Assembly (NCBI GenBank): GCA_039028615.1
Contig: JBCCHT010000004.1
Coordinates: forward strand, 192,001-256,000
Direction: 5' to 3'
DNA length: 64,000 nucleotides
Source: Myxococcota bacterium
Lineage (GTDB): Bacteria > Myxococcota_A > Polyangia > Nannocystales > Nannocystaceae
Shown here: positions 46,502 to 56,930 of the stretch, in pieces
Position numbering within the stretch: position 1 is the first letter of the stretch
How the letters are laid out: each line of letters starts with the position of its first letter
Program-made: the position numbers and the translations under genes
Notes under the pieces: generated by a model
What the model saw: the letters and a program-made list of their open reading frames with translations, nothing else
Database searches by the model: none
What the model was told of the DNA's origin: nothing

Positions 46502-49456
46502 TCAGACCCGCGCAGACGCGCTGGGCGCACTCGGCTTGGCGGTGACCTCGGCGGCCTCGGCCGCGGCGATCTCGGCCATCGCCTCTTCGTGGATCTCGAG
46601 CTCCGCCACGCCGCCGGGGATCACCAGCGACGCCACGGGCGTGCCCTCGGGAATCACCGAGCCGTCCATATGGGTGATGTCCGGCACGGGGTGGTCGGCT
46701 TCGTGCGCCACCAGCTTCTTCTCGAGCGACTTCTGCTCGGCCTCTTCGAGGGTCGTCCACCCCAGGCGACCGCGGCACTTGGGGAAGCGCGAGCAGCCCA
46801 GCCAGGGGCCACGCTTGCCGCGGCGGAGGTTGAGCGGCGCCTGCTCGCACTTGGGGCACTCGAGGTCCGTCACGAAGGGCGGCGGGGCGGGATATTTGAT
46901 GCCGGCCTTCTTGTCGAGGTTGATGACGTACGTGGTCTCCGGGTAGTTGACCGAAGCCAGGAAGGGCCCGAAGCGACCGTTGCGAAGCTCCATCTTGGAG
47001 CCGTCCTCGGGGCACTTGACGTCGACCAGCTCGGGCAGCAGCGGCCGCCCCTTGCGGTCGATGGGCGCCGAGTAGTCGCACTCGGGATAGGCGGTGCACG
47101 ACAGGAAGCGACCGTTGCGACCGAAGCGGTACTCGGTCCGCGACCCGCACTTGGGGCACTTGTAGATCGCCGGCTGCGTCTCCGCCTTGGCGTGGGTCAT
47201 CACGTCGTGGGCGCTCTCGAGCGCCTCGGCGAAGGGCCCGTAGAACGAGTGCAGCATGCCGATCCAGTCGGCGCTCTGCTCTTCGATCTTGTCGAGCTGC
47301 GCCTCCATGGCGCGCGTGTAGCCCAGGTCCATGAGGTCGGGGAACGCCTCTTGGAGCTTGTCGGAGACCACCTCGCCCAGGTCGGTGGCGTAAAACCGTC
47401 GGTCGAGCTGCTCGACGTACTTGCGGTCCTGGATGACGCCGATGATCGACGCGTAGGTCGACGGTCGGCCGATGCCCTCGGACTCGAGGGTCTTGACCAG
47501 CGACGCCTCGGTGTAGCGCGGGGGCGGGCTCGAGAAGCGCTGGTCGGCATCGATGCCGAAGGGCGCCGTCGTCTGGCCCTTCTCGAAGGACGGCAGGGTC
47601 TGCTCGTCCGACGCGGTCGGCACCCCGGCCACCCGATAGAAGCCGTCGAAGGCGAGCACGCGACCGGTGGCCTTGAGCACGGCGCCGGTCTTGCGATCGC
47701 TGCGCTCGAAGAACACCGCGGTGGCGTCCCACTTGGCGGGCACCATCTGGCTGGCCACGAAGCGGCGCCAGATGAGGTCGTAGAGCTTGAGCTGGTCGGG
47801 GGTCAGGGCCGCGGCCAAGGCCGACGGCTCGCGATGAACCCCGGTGGGCCGAATCGCCTCGTGAGCCTCCTGGGCGTCCTTGTTGGCCGAGGAGTACACG
47901 TTCGGCTTCTCCGGCAGGTAGTCGGGGCCGAGCTCGGTGATGTGCTTGCGAGCCTCCTCGATCGCCTCGGGGGCGATGTTGGTGGAGTCGGTTCGCATAT
48001 AGGTGATGAGACCGACCTGGCCCTCGCCGGGGACGTTGACACCTTCGTACAGCGACTGGGCCGTTCGCATGGTCCGCTGGGCGGAGAAGCCCAGGCGGTT
48101 GGCGGCCGCGATCTGCAGGCTCGAGGTGATGAACGGGGCCGACGGGCGGCTGGTGGTGCGCCGGGTCTCGATGTTCTTGACCGAGTAGCGGCTGCTCGCA
48201 TCGACCTGCCCGCTGAGCGTGCGGCGGAAGCGAGCGGGGCCGCGCCCCTCGGGATCTTCTTCGCTGGTGACCTGCACCTTCACCAGGCCGACCGCTTCGG
48301 CCACGGCCTTGATCTCGCCAGACAGATCGCGCGGGTCGTCGGCCTTGCAGCCCAGGGAGAAGCGCTTCCCGTCGAGCTCGACCAGCTCCGCCCCCAGGCC
48401 TCCGTTGGCGGCCAGCCAGGCGTTCTTGCTCTTGAGGGTGGGGCCCTTGCCCTTCTCGTCGACGGTGGCCAGCAGCTCGCGCCACTGCGTCCCGAGCGTG
48501 GTGGAGGCGTCGACCTTCAGCGCGAGCTGGGCGGTCACACGCCACGACTCGTCGGGGATGAAGGCTCGAATCTGGCGCTCGCGCTCGACCACCAGACGCA
48601 CGGCCACCGACTGCACGCGGCCGGCCGAGAGCCCTCGCGCCACCTTCTTCCACAGGAGCGGCGAGGCCTGGTAGCCCACGATGCGATCGAGGATCCGCCG
48701 CGCCTGTTGCGCGTTGACCTTGTTCTCGTCGATGGGGTGCGGCTTGGCGAAGGCGCGATGCACCTCGGTCTTGGTGATGGCGTTGAACACCACCCGCTTG
48801 GCCTCTTTGGGAGCGATGCCCAGCTCTTGTGCGAGGTGCCAGGCAATGGCCTCTCCCTCGCGGTCGAGGTCGGTCGCGAACCAGACGTCGGAGGCTTGCT
48901 TGGCCAGGCGCTTGAGCTCGGCGACCGTCTTGGCCTTGCCGCTCAGCACCGTATAGGTGGGCTTGAAATCGTTATCGAGGTCGACGCCGGGGACCGGCTG
49001 TTTGACCCCCTTGGGGGCCTTCTGCGGCAGGTCGCGAATGTGGCCGACCGAGGCGTGTACGATAAAATCCGACCCGAGATACTTGTTGATGGTCTTGGCC
49101 TTCGCCGGACTCTCGACGATCACCAGCTGACGGCCCTCGCCCGAAGGCGGAGCAGTTTGGGTTCGAGTCCGAGCTTTGCTCGTCTTCTTGAGGCCGGTGG
49201 TCTTCGTCGCGGCCTTCTTCTTCGCCGCGGTCTTCTTCTTCGCGGTCGTCTTCTTCTTCGCCGCGGTCTTCTTCTTCGCAGTCGTCTTCTTCTTGGCTGC
49301 GGTCTTCTTCTTGGCCGTCGTCTTCTTGGCTGCGGTCTTCTTCGCGGCCGTCTTGGCAGTCTTCTTCGCCACCTTCTTGGCGGTCTTCTTGGCCGCCTTC
49401 TTGGTGGTCTTCTTTGCCGCCTTCTTGGCGGTCTTCTTCTTCGTCGTTGCTGCCAT
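46502..49456 (-). CDS. topA: DNA topoisomerase I (type IA) with N-terminal Lys-rich repeats and C-terminal Zn ribbons
   Basis: 'LVIVESPAKAKTI', 'ATDLDREGEAI', 'SAGRVQS', 'ITYMRTDS', 'QEAHEAIRPT', 'GIGRPSTY', CxxC ribbons. Confidence 0.97.
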   Translation of the reverse strand: MAATTKKKTAKKAAKKTTKKAAKKTAKKVAKKTAKTAAKKTAAKKTTAKKKTAAKKKTTAKKKTAAKKKTTAKKKTAAKKKAATKTTGLKKTSKARTRTQTAPPSGEGRQLVIVESPAKAKTINKYLGSDFIVHASVGHIRDLPQKAPKGVKQPVPGVDLDNDFKPTYTVLSGKAKTVAELKRLAKQASDVWFATDLDREGEAIAWHLAQELGIAPKEAKRVVFNAITKTEVHRAFAKPHPIDENKVNAQQARRILDRIVGYQASPLLWKKVARGLSAGRVQSVAVRLVVERERQIRAFIPDESWRVTAQLALKVDASTTLGTQWRELLATVDEKGKGPTLKSKNAWLAANGGLGAELVELDGKRFSLGCKADDPRDLSGEIKAVAEAVGLVKVQVTSEEDPEGRGPARFRRTLSGQVDASSRYSVKNIETRRTTSRPSAPFITSSLQIAAANRLGFSAQRTMRTAQSLYEGVNVPGEGQVGLITYMRTDSTNIAPEAIEEARKHITELGPDYLPEKPNVYSSANKDAQEAHEAIRPTGVHREPSALAAALTPDQLKLYDLIWRRFVASQMVPAKWDATAVFFERSDRKTGAVLKATGRVLAFDGFYRVAGVPTASDEQTLPSFEKGQTTAPFGIDADQRFSSPPPRYTEASLVKTLESEGIGRPSTYASIIGVIQDRKYVEQLDRRFYATDLGEVVSDKLQEAFPDLMDLGYTRAMEAQLDKIEEQSADWIGMLHSFYGPFAEALESAHDVMTHAKAETQPAIYKCPKCGSRTEYRFGRNGRFLSCTAYPECDYSAPIDRKGRPLLPELVDVKCPEDGSKMELRNGRFGPFLASVNYPETTYVINLDKKAGIKYPAPPPFVTDLECPKCEQAPLNLRRGKRGPWLGCSRFPKCRGRLGWTTLEEAEQKSLEKKLVAHEADHPVPDITHMDGSVIPEGTPVASLVIPGGVAELEIHEEAMAEIAAAEAAEVTAKPSAPSASARV
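49200..49440 (-). repeat. Coding Lys/Ala/Thr tandem repeats (TAKK, TAAKKK, TTAKKK) in the TopA N-terminus
   Basis: 12- and 18-bp imperfect units rich in TTCTT on the + strand. Confidence 0.85.
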
Positions 49457-49867
49457 GAGCCGAGGTCCAAAAAGAGCGCAAGTTGCGCTCGCCCACCGAC
49501 GTGGGCGCCCGAATGTAATGGAACCGAGTTGGCCCGGCTACCCGGGAAGCTCGGACCCCGCCGATTGGCATCGGGCGAGGTCGGGCGCTCAGCATGGGTC
49601 GGGCAGCGACGTCCGCAACCGCAGGCCTCTGAGTACCGGTCAATGTGCGTAACCCCCCGCCGTGGTGCCTCGGCGGAGATCGGCCCCCTACTCCCGATCA
49701 ACGCCGGTTGTTGGATCTCCGACGCTCGCCGATCCCGCCGAGCCGCCCGCGCATCGCGCACAGCCCGCAGCTCGTTGATCGAGCGGTCGATCTCACACCG
49801 CAATCGACGACGCCGCCGCTCCGAAGAGCCGCGGCGTCAGTAGCGTGGTCGTTCGGAACGGAATCGC

Positions 49868-50599
49868 TCAGACGCCGGCGCCGCCGTTGAGCGACGTGCA
49901 CGCGTCCACGAAGGTCGGCTGGTCGGTCGGGCAAGTCTGCCCGGCTCCGAGCGCCATGCAGAAGCCGCGCTGGTTGGCGACCGAAAGCTGGCGAACACAG
50001 TCCTGGAAGATCGACGAGGTGTTGTCACCCCCGGCGAGCCCGAGGCAGCCGTCGCCGTTCGGGTCCTGGTGGGTCGCATGGTCGGCGGGACGCCAGCTGG
50101 TGAGACCACCGATGTCGTTGCCGTCCACAGGCCGGAACGAGCCACCGTCCTGAACGCAGTCAGGAGCCTCGATAGCGACCGTTTGGCAGCAAACGCGGGC
50201 GGGGCCGCACACGTCGTCGATCCACTCCGCGTCCCACGTGGGGTTGCACGGGATGGGGCAGTTGAGCGCGGCGAGGTCTTGGAGACCCTGGCCTTGAATG
50301 TCGTCGACTCGGACGCACATGCCCGAGGTGCCGACGTTGTTGTTCGCTCCCGAGAAGTAGGGCGCGCCCACGGGGTCCGGGATGGACCGGTTGGTGTAGT
50401 CGGGCTTGTTGCCCTCCTCCGCAGCCGGGTCGTCGGAACAACAAAAGTGCGTCGCCGGGCAGTTGTTCTCCTGCCGAGGATTGCAACGGAACGCCACCAG
50501 TGGGTAGTCGACTCCAATACAGGAGGTGCCCACGATCGCGCCGAGCCCAATGGCACCGCCGTTGACCAAGACGAAACGAAGCATCATTTCGGACCGCAT
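49868..50599 (-). CDS. Cys-rich hypothetical lipoprotein
   Basis: Hydrophobic signal ending 'GTSC', many Cys including two CC pairs. Confidence 0.7.
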   Translation of the reverse strand: MRSEMMLRFVLVNGGAIGLGAIVGTSCIGVDYPLVAFRCNPRQENNCPATHFCCSDDPAAEEGNKPDYTNRSIPDPVGAPYFSGANNNVGTSGMCVRVDDIQGQGLQDLAALNCPIPCNPTWDAEWIDDVCGPARVCCQTVAIEAPDCVQDGGSFRPVDGNDIGGLTSWRPADHATHQDPNGDGCLGLAGGDNTSSIFQDCVRQLSVANQRGFCMALGAGQTCPTDQPTFVDACTSLNGGAGV

Positions 50600-50845
50600 T
50601 GCTGATTCGGACCGTGGCATGGCCGCGCGCTGATGTAAAGCTTCACGCGCCCTGTGGTTTCTGGTCCTCCCGGCATGGATGATGCCGCTTCATGCAGTAT
50701 TCGCGACACCGGGGCGGCGGTGCGCCCGGCCCGAGACCTGGCGATTCTGACACTTCGGGCCGGCCTGGAATCGGCCTGTGCTTTGGCGCGTAAGCCGAGC
50801 ACGGGCTAGGATCAGAAGGAACCGACAATGGCAGAGAAGGAGCGG

Positions 50846-53029
50846 ATGGGTCCAATGGCGACGACTCGACCTATGAGACTCGAGCGCATACCGGCCGGGG
50901 TTCCCCGACGGATCGTGAGAGGGGCGATTTGCGGCGGTTTGCTGCTCGCCTTGGCCTGCTCTGGGGCGAAAAGCGTCGGCGAGGAACCGCCCGCCGCGGG
51001 GCTCGGCGCAGCTGCGCCCAGCGATCCCGAGGAAGCGCCCGAGGTCGAGCACATTCCTACTGAAGAAGAGCTCGGGCCCGTGACGAAGAACAGCTTCCGT
51101 GAGCACCCCGCGGAGCAGGTGTGGATCTTCGAGTCCGGCCAGGAGCCACGGTCCGTCCCCATCGGTGCCGCCGAGTCCTGGGGCTATTCGGTCATCGACC
51201 TATCCAACGACTGGACGCCGTACATTTTCAGCGACAAGACGGCCGGGGCCGACGACACCCAGGCCAACCTCTACCGGGAAAAATATATCGGCCTCGCCAA
51301 CGATCGCATCGATCACTACGGCGACGAGCTGAGCGAGCACCAGCACAACTTCTTGGAGCTGTACGGCATCCCGCCCTCGCTGGCCGTGCTCCAGCGCGAG
51401 TGGGCCTGGATGGACGCCGAGGTCAAACCCTGTCTCGAGCAGGCCGGCTTCGACCCCGAGGTCTTCCACGGCTACGACCGCACCATCGCGTACCGCAAGG
51501 CGGGCCAGGGCAAGCGCAACAAGAGCGCCCGACGACGTCGGGCCATGCTGGGCAAGGCCATGCGCAAGGCGGGGCTCGACCCCAGCTCCGAGGAAGACCT
51601 CGCCAAGGCGGCCGAGGACCCGGCCACCCAAAAGGCGCACAAGCGCTGGCGCCAAGACCAAGACGTCATCGACATCATCGACCACGCCCAGCGGCGCTTC
51701 CGCTGCGAGCGGCTGTTCAACGGCAACCAGGGTCGCGGCAAGTTCAAGCCGGGCATCTACGACTCCGCCACCACCCACGCCCTCGCCAACTTCGAGCGCA
51801 AGCACGACGTGATGGGCTGGGGGCACTTCAAGCCCGACAACCGGGCCGCCTTGGCCATGAGCACCGACGCGTCGACCCACGCGCGCCTGCTCCGGGTCAT
51901 CACCGAGCGCGTGGTCATGTCCACCGGCATCATCGAGGACGGCTCGGCCGCCCAGATGGACGAGGGCTTCCGCTGGACCGACGCCGACGGGGTCGAGCAC
52001 GAGCTGCCCAACCTGGTCGACGACTACACCGAGACCGTCATCGAGGCCCTGGGCGTGGGCACGCCCGACGACGCCAAGGCGGCGCTCGCCATGCTCTCCG
52101 ATCTCGGTGAGGGCGGCTTCGAAAACCTACTGATCGCGGTCAAGCTCCCGCCCCGCCCCGCCTACCACTCCGACGACATGCAGCTGTCGGCGGTCATCGA
52201 TCGGGGCGACGTCTGGTACGACTTCCCCTACGACGACGAGGGCAACAAGGTCGGGCAGCCACGCAAGCGCTATCCCCACGTCACTCTCTTCGTCGAGTAC
52301 GAGGGGCAAAAGATCCCGGTCGTCCACTGGCGCACCACCATCGGCTCTTGGCGCACCGAGCTGTCCGAGGGCGAGGTGATGCTCAAGTACAAGAACTCCG
52401 ACGTCGGACCGCGGGTGTGGAAGAACATCGTCGCCGCACCGGTGTGGATTCCCCCTCCCACCACACCCGCCAAGGAGCTGGTCAAGTCCAGCTGGCGCAA
52501 GGGCAAGTTCAAGACCGACGTGCACTACTCGGAGATCGGGCCCGGCTATAAGTCGGCCTACGGCCTCGTCGCCGCGTACCACGTCAAGCAGATCAAAAAC
52601 GAGGACGGCACGGTCCGCGCCGAGATTGACAACGGCATCCGAACGCACGGCAGCGTCGACTACATGTCCATCCTGCGGCGCTACTCGCACGGCTGCCACC
52701 GGCTCTACAACATGGATGCGGTGCGGCTTTTCTCCTACGTCCTGCGCCATCGGGACTACACCCGACACGGGCAGCAAAACGTGGGCGTGCGCCGCAACCT
52801 CGAGGTCGACGGCAAGTCCTACCTCATGAAGATCGACACCCGCGGCTACAAGTACGAGCTGGTGGAGCCCATCCCCATTCGCGTGCTCGAGGGTCGTATC
52901 CGTGGGTCCCGGCAGTATCCGGTCGACGACTACGTGCCCAAGCCGGTCAAGCCGTCGGAGTTCGAGGCCGAGAGCGCGGACGGCGAGCTCGTCGTCGATA
53001 CCCCCGTCGCCCCGGTCACTCCGCAGTGA
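50846..53029 (+). CDS. L,D-transpeptidase (YkuD-like) lipoprotein with a PG-binding-like segment
   Basis: Lipobox LAC, 'GIYDSATTHALANFE', 'PVWIPP', 'IRTHGS...SHGCHRL'. Confidence 0.75.
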   Translation: MGPMATTRPMRLERIPAGVPRRIVRGAICGGLLLALACSGAKSVGEEPPAAGLGAAAPSDPEEAPEVEHIPTEEELGPVTKNSFREHPAEQVWIFESGQEPRSVPIGAAESWGYSVIDLSNDWTPYIFSDKTAGADDTQANLYREKYIGLANDRIDHYGDELSEHQHNFLELYGIPPSLAVLQREWAWMDAEVKPCLEQAGFDPEVFHGYDRTIAYRKAGQGKRNKSARRRRAMLGKAMRKAGLDPSSEEDLAKAAEDPATQKAHKRWRQDQDVIDIIDHAQRRFRCERLFNGNQGRGKFKPGIYDSATTHALANFERKHDVMGWGHFKPDNRAALAMSTDASTHARLLRVITERVVMSTGIIEDGSAAQMDEGFRWTDADGVEHELPNLVDDYTETVIEALGVGTPDDAKAALAMLSDLGEGGFENLLIAVKLPPRPAYHSDDMQLSAVIDRGDVWYDFPYDDEGNKVGQPRKRYPHVTLFVEYEGQKIPVVHWRTTIGSWRTELSEGEVMLKYKNSDVGPRVWKNIVAAPVWIPPPTTPAKELVKSSWRKGKFKTDVHYSEIGPGYKSAYGLVAAYHVKQIKNEDGTVRAEIDNGIRTHGSVDYMSILRRYSHGCHRLYNMDAVRLFSYVLRHRDYTRHGQQNVGVRRNLEVDGKSYLMKIDTRGYKYELVEPIPIRVLEGRIRGSRQYPVDDYVPKPVKPSEFEAESADGELVVDTPVAPVTPQ

Positions 53030-53112
53030 TCTCACGCCGCTTCGCCCATGCGACATAGCGCGGGCCTCGATCGGGTTGGCCCGACCGAACCAAGCTGCTA
53101 ACGTCCCGCGCC

Positions 53113-53931
53113 GTGCAAGGGCAACAGGTGGGGTTCGAGAGCAGCTTCCGGCGGCACCTCGACGCAGAGCAACGGCGAGCCGTCCTCGAAGCGATCGGGG
53201 CGAGCATCAACCCCGATTCCACTTTGGGTGAGGTCGTCGATGCAGCCGAAGCTCTGGGGTGGAGTCAGCAGATGGGCGACCTGTCGCTCGCCGATCTCGC
53301 CGAAGCCCTATTGGCGCCCGAGTCCGACGAGCCCGAAGAGGTAGAGGCCGCGGCCGACGAAGAAGAGGACGAGGTCGAAGAAGAGGAAGAGGAAGAGGAA
53401 GAGGAGGAAGAAGAGGAAGAGGAGGAAGAAGAAGAAGAGGAGGAGGAAGAAGAGGAAGAGCAGCTCGAGCTCGAGACCGCCCCTCGTCGCGGCCGCAAGA
53501 AGGCCGCTTCCAAGAAGAAGGCCGCTTCCAAGAAGAAGGCCGCCTCCAAGAAGAAAGCCGCTTCCAAGAAAAAGGCCGCCTCCAAGAAGAAGGCCGCTTC
53601 CAAGAAGAAGGCCGCTTCCAAGAAGAAGGCCACTTCCAAGAAGAAGGCCGCTTCCAAGAAGAAGGCTTCTTCCAAGAAGAAGACCGCCAAGAAGTCCTCG
53701 CGCAAGCGCAAGCCCACCGCAGCCGACGTGGACGACCGGATGAGCCTCGATCAGGCGGCCGAGTTCTTCGTGCCCTACGTCGAGGAACTCGGCGAGGCCA
53801 CGATGCAGGACCTCGAAGAGAACACCGGGGTCGCCCGCCGCAAGCTTCGCTTCCACGTGGGGCAGCTGGTGCGCAACGGCTACCTCGAGCGCCACGGCAT
53901 GGGCCGCGGCACCTACTACACCGTCTGCTAG
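53113..53931 (+). CDS. Putative nucleoid protein: helical N-domain, poly-Glu tract, H1-like repeats, winged helix
   Basis: 28 consecutive Glu codons, ten AASKKK-type units, C-terminal 'LVRNGYLERHGMGRGTYY'. Confidence 0.75.
   Translation: MQGQQVGFESSFRRHLDAEQRRAVLEAIGASINPDSTLGEVVDAAEALGWSQQMGDLSLADLAEALLAPESDEPEEVEAAADEEEDEVEEEEEEEEEEEEEEEEEEEEEEEEEEEEQLELETAPRRGRKKAASKKKAASKKKAASKKKAASKKKAASKKKAASKKKAASKKKATSKKKAASKKKASSKKKTAKKSSRKRKPTAADVDDRMSLDQAAEFFVPYVEELGEATMQDLEENTGVARRKLRFHVGQLVRNGYLERHGMGRGTYYTVC
53377..53460 (+). repeat. Poly-Glu tract (GAR)28
   Basis: 84 bp of mixed GAA/GAG codons. Confidence 0.95.
53503..53682 (+). repeat. 18-bp tandem repeat x10 (GCCGCTTCCAAGAAGAAG; AASKKK)
   Basis: Counted directly; most variation is synonymous. 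Confidence 0.95.
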
Positions 53932-55043
53932 CTGGCCGGGGCGGCGAAGCCCACCCGCTCGAGCAGCTTGGCAGTCACACGGGGCAGGCCTCCATCGGGG
54001 CGCTGCCCCGGGGTGATCCAGCACTGGCGTTCGGCCGGAACCTCATTGAGCTTCGGCTTGCGGGCGGCCTTGCCGATCAGCGGATGGAGCTTCCAGATCC
54101 GGTGCGTGAACACGTGGCGGACCTCGGCCAGCGGCGCATCGGCCCAGCGCGGCGCCGCCGAGAGCAGAGCCGAGGCGGCATTCGAGTCGAATACGGGCAA
54201 CGCGGGGGCCGAGACCAAGGGCAGGCACCACAGGTCCGCCAGGAGACCCTCCCCGGGACGACGTACCAGCAGCAAGCGGCCCCGCCAGGTCACGGCCAGG
54301 GCCAGCCACGCGTCGACCGGTTGAGCAACCTTCTTACGGGGGGCGGGGATCCGGTCGGTGCTCCCATCCCGAAGCGCGTCGCAGTGCTTGGTCACCGGGC
54401 ACTGCGCGCATGACGGAGACTTGGGCGTGCACACCGTCGCGCCCAGCTCCATCAGCGACTGTGCGAGCAAGCGCGGCGTGCCGTGCTGGAGAATCCCGGC
54501 CACCCGTCCCCAGTGGCGACGCGCGGTGGCCTGCTGCTGCTTGGGCTCCTCGATGCCCTCGATGCGAGACAACACCCGGGCGACGTTGCCGTCGACCAGC
54601 GGCTCCGGCCGATCGAACGCGATGGACGCGATGGCTCCGGCCGTGTAGTCGCCGATGCCGGGGATCGAGCGTAGCTGTGCCGCCGCCTGCGGGATGGTGC
54701 CCCCGAGCTCGCGGGCCACGAACTGCGCCCCTTTGTGCAACAGCCGCGCCCGTCGGTAGTACCCGAGCCCGCTCCACTGCTGCAGCACGGCCTCCTGGTC
54801 GGCCGAGGCCAGCGCCTGCAGCGTGGGGAAACGGCGCAGGAACGCGTCGTAGAAGCGCTCCACCGTCTCCACCCGGGTCTGCTGGAGCATGATCTCCGAG
54901 ACCCAGATCGAGTACGGGTCTCGGGTTCGCCGCCACGACATCTCTCGCTGGTTGGCCACGAACCATGGCTCCAGCGCCCGCGCCAGCGCCCGCGAGCGCT
55001 CATCGTCGACCGGCTCTACCGGCTGCGCTTTCCGCCCCGCCAT
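53928..55043 (-). CDS. mutY: A/G-specific adenine glycosylase
   Basis: 'WR...DPY.IWVSEIMLQQT', 'W.GLGYYRRA', 'PGIGDYTA', 'VDGNV.RV', Fe-S 'CTPKSPSCAQCPV...C'. Confidence 0.95.
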   Translation of the reverse strand: MAGRKAQPVEPVDDERSRALARALEPWFVANQREMSWRRTRDPYSIWVSEIMLQQTRVETVERFYDAFLRRFPTLQALASADQEAVLQQWSGLGYYRRARLLHKGAQFVARELGGTIPQAAAQLRSIPGIGDYTAGAIASIAFDRPEPLVDGNVARVLSRIEGIEEPKQQQATARRHWGRVAGILQHGTPRLLAQSLMELGATVCTPKSPSCAQCPVTKHCDALRDGSTDRIPAPRKKVAQPVDAWLALAVTWRGRLLLVRRPGEGLLADLWCLPLVSAPALPVFDSNAASALLSAAPRWADAPLAEVRHVFTHRIWKLHPLIGKAARKPKLNEVPAERQCWITPGQRPDGGLPRVTAKLLERVGFAAPAS

Positions 55044-55153
55044 GGGGGCCGAGCATGCAACGGCTGGCGCCGTCCCGCGACCCCGTGGGCTCACGTGGCG
55101 CCGCGGTTGTACCGCTGGCATCGAGATCGGTACATTCCCCCGGCTGAGGCCTC

Positions 55154-56539
<1,386 letters not shown>

Positions 56540-56583
56540 GCCGCCACTTTTGTCGGGGGCGTCGCCGCGGTACGTTCCCCGGC

Positions 56584-56841
56584 ATGTCCCATCACCCCAC
56601 TGACTTTCAGGGCTCCGTGATCGATGCCATCCGCGAAGCGGTCGAGGCAGCGATTCCCGACAGCAAAGCGCAGGTCGACGGCGGCGGCGGGCACTACACC
56701 ATCGAGGTCACCGCGGCCGCGTTCGAGGGTAAGTCCATGCTGCAGAAACAACGCATGGTCCTGTCCTCCATCAAGCACCTGATGGCCGGAGACCGGGCCC
56801 CCGTGCACGCGGTCGACAGCATCAAGACCCACCTGGCCTAG
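56584..56841 (+). CDS. BolA/IbaG family protein
   Basis: 'GGHY.I.V....FEGKS.LQKQRMV', 'VHA'. Confidence 0.88.
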   Translation: MSHHPTDFQGSVIDAIREAVEAAIPDSKAQVDGGGGHYTIEVTAAAFEGKSMLQKQRMVLSSIKHLMAGDRAPVHAVDSIKTHLA

Positions 56842-56930
56842 GCCGAACTCTCGGCCGGCACATCCGACATCTGCCTACCTATTTCGGACTCATGCCGGAA
56901 AAACGGGCTCGGGTGGCATCCAAAGAGACG

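Noticed and set aside
46589..49843. Very long antisense or alternate-frame ORFs (e.g. 1084 aa opposite topA; also 8296-10776, 13727-16132, 32378-34324)
   Set aside because: These are shadow ORFs expected from high-GC codon bias. They overlap well-supported genes and have no motifs.
49457..49867. ncRNA in the 410-bp gap upstream of topA
   Set aside because: No recognisable family or convincing long stem beyond GC-rich background.
53503..53682. 18-bp tandem repeats as a CRISPR array or non-coding VNTR
   Set aside because: There are no spacers, and the units are in frame with mostly synonymous variation, so this is a coding repeat.
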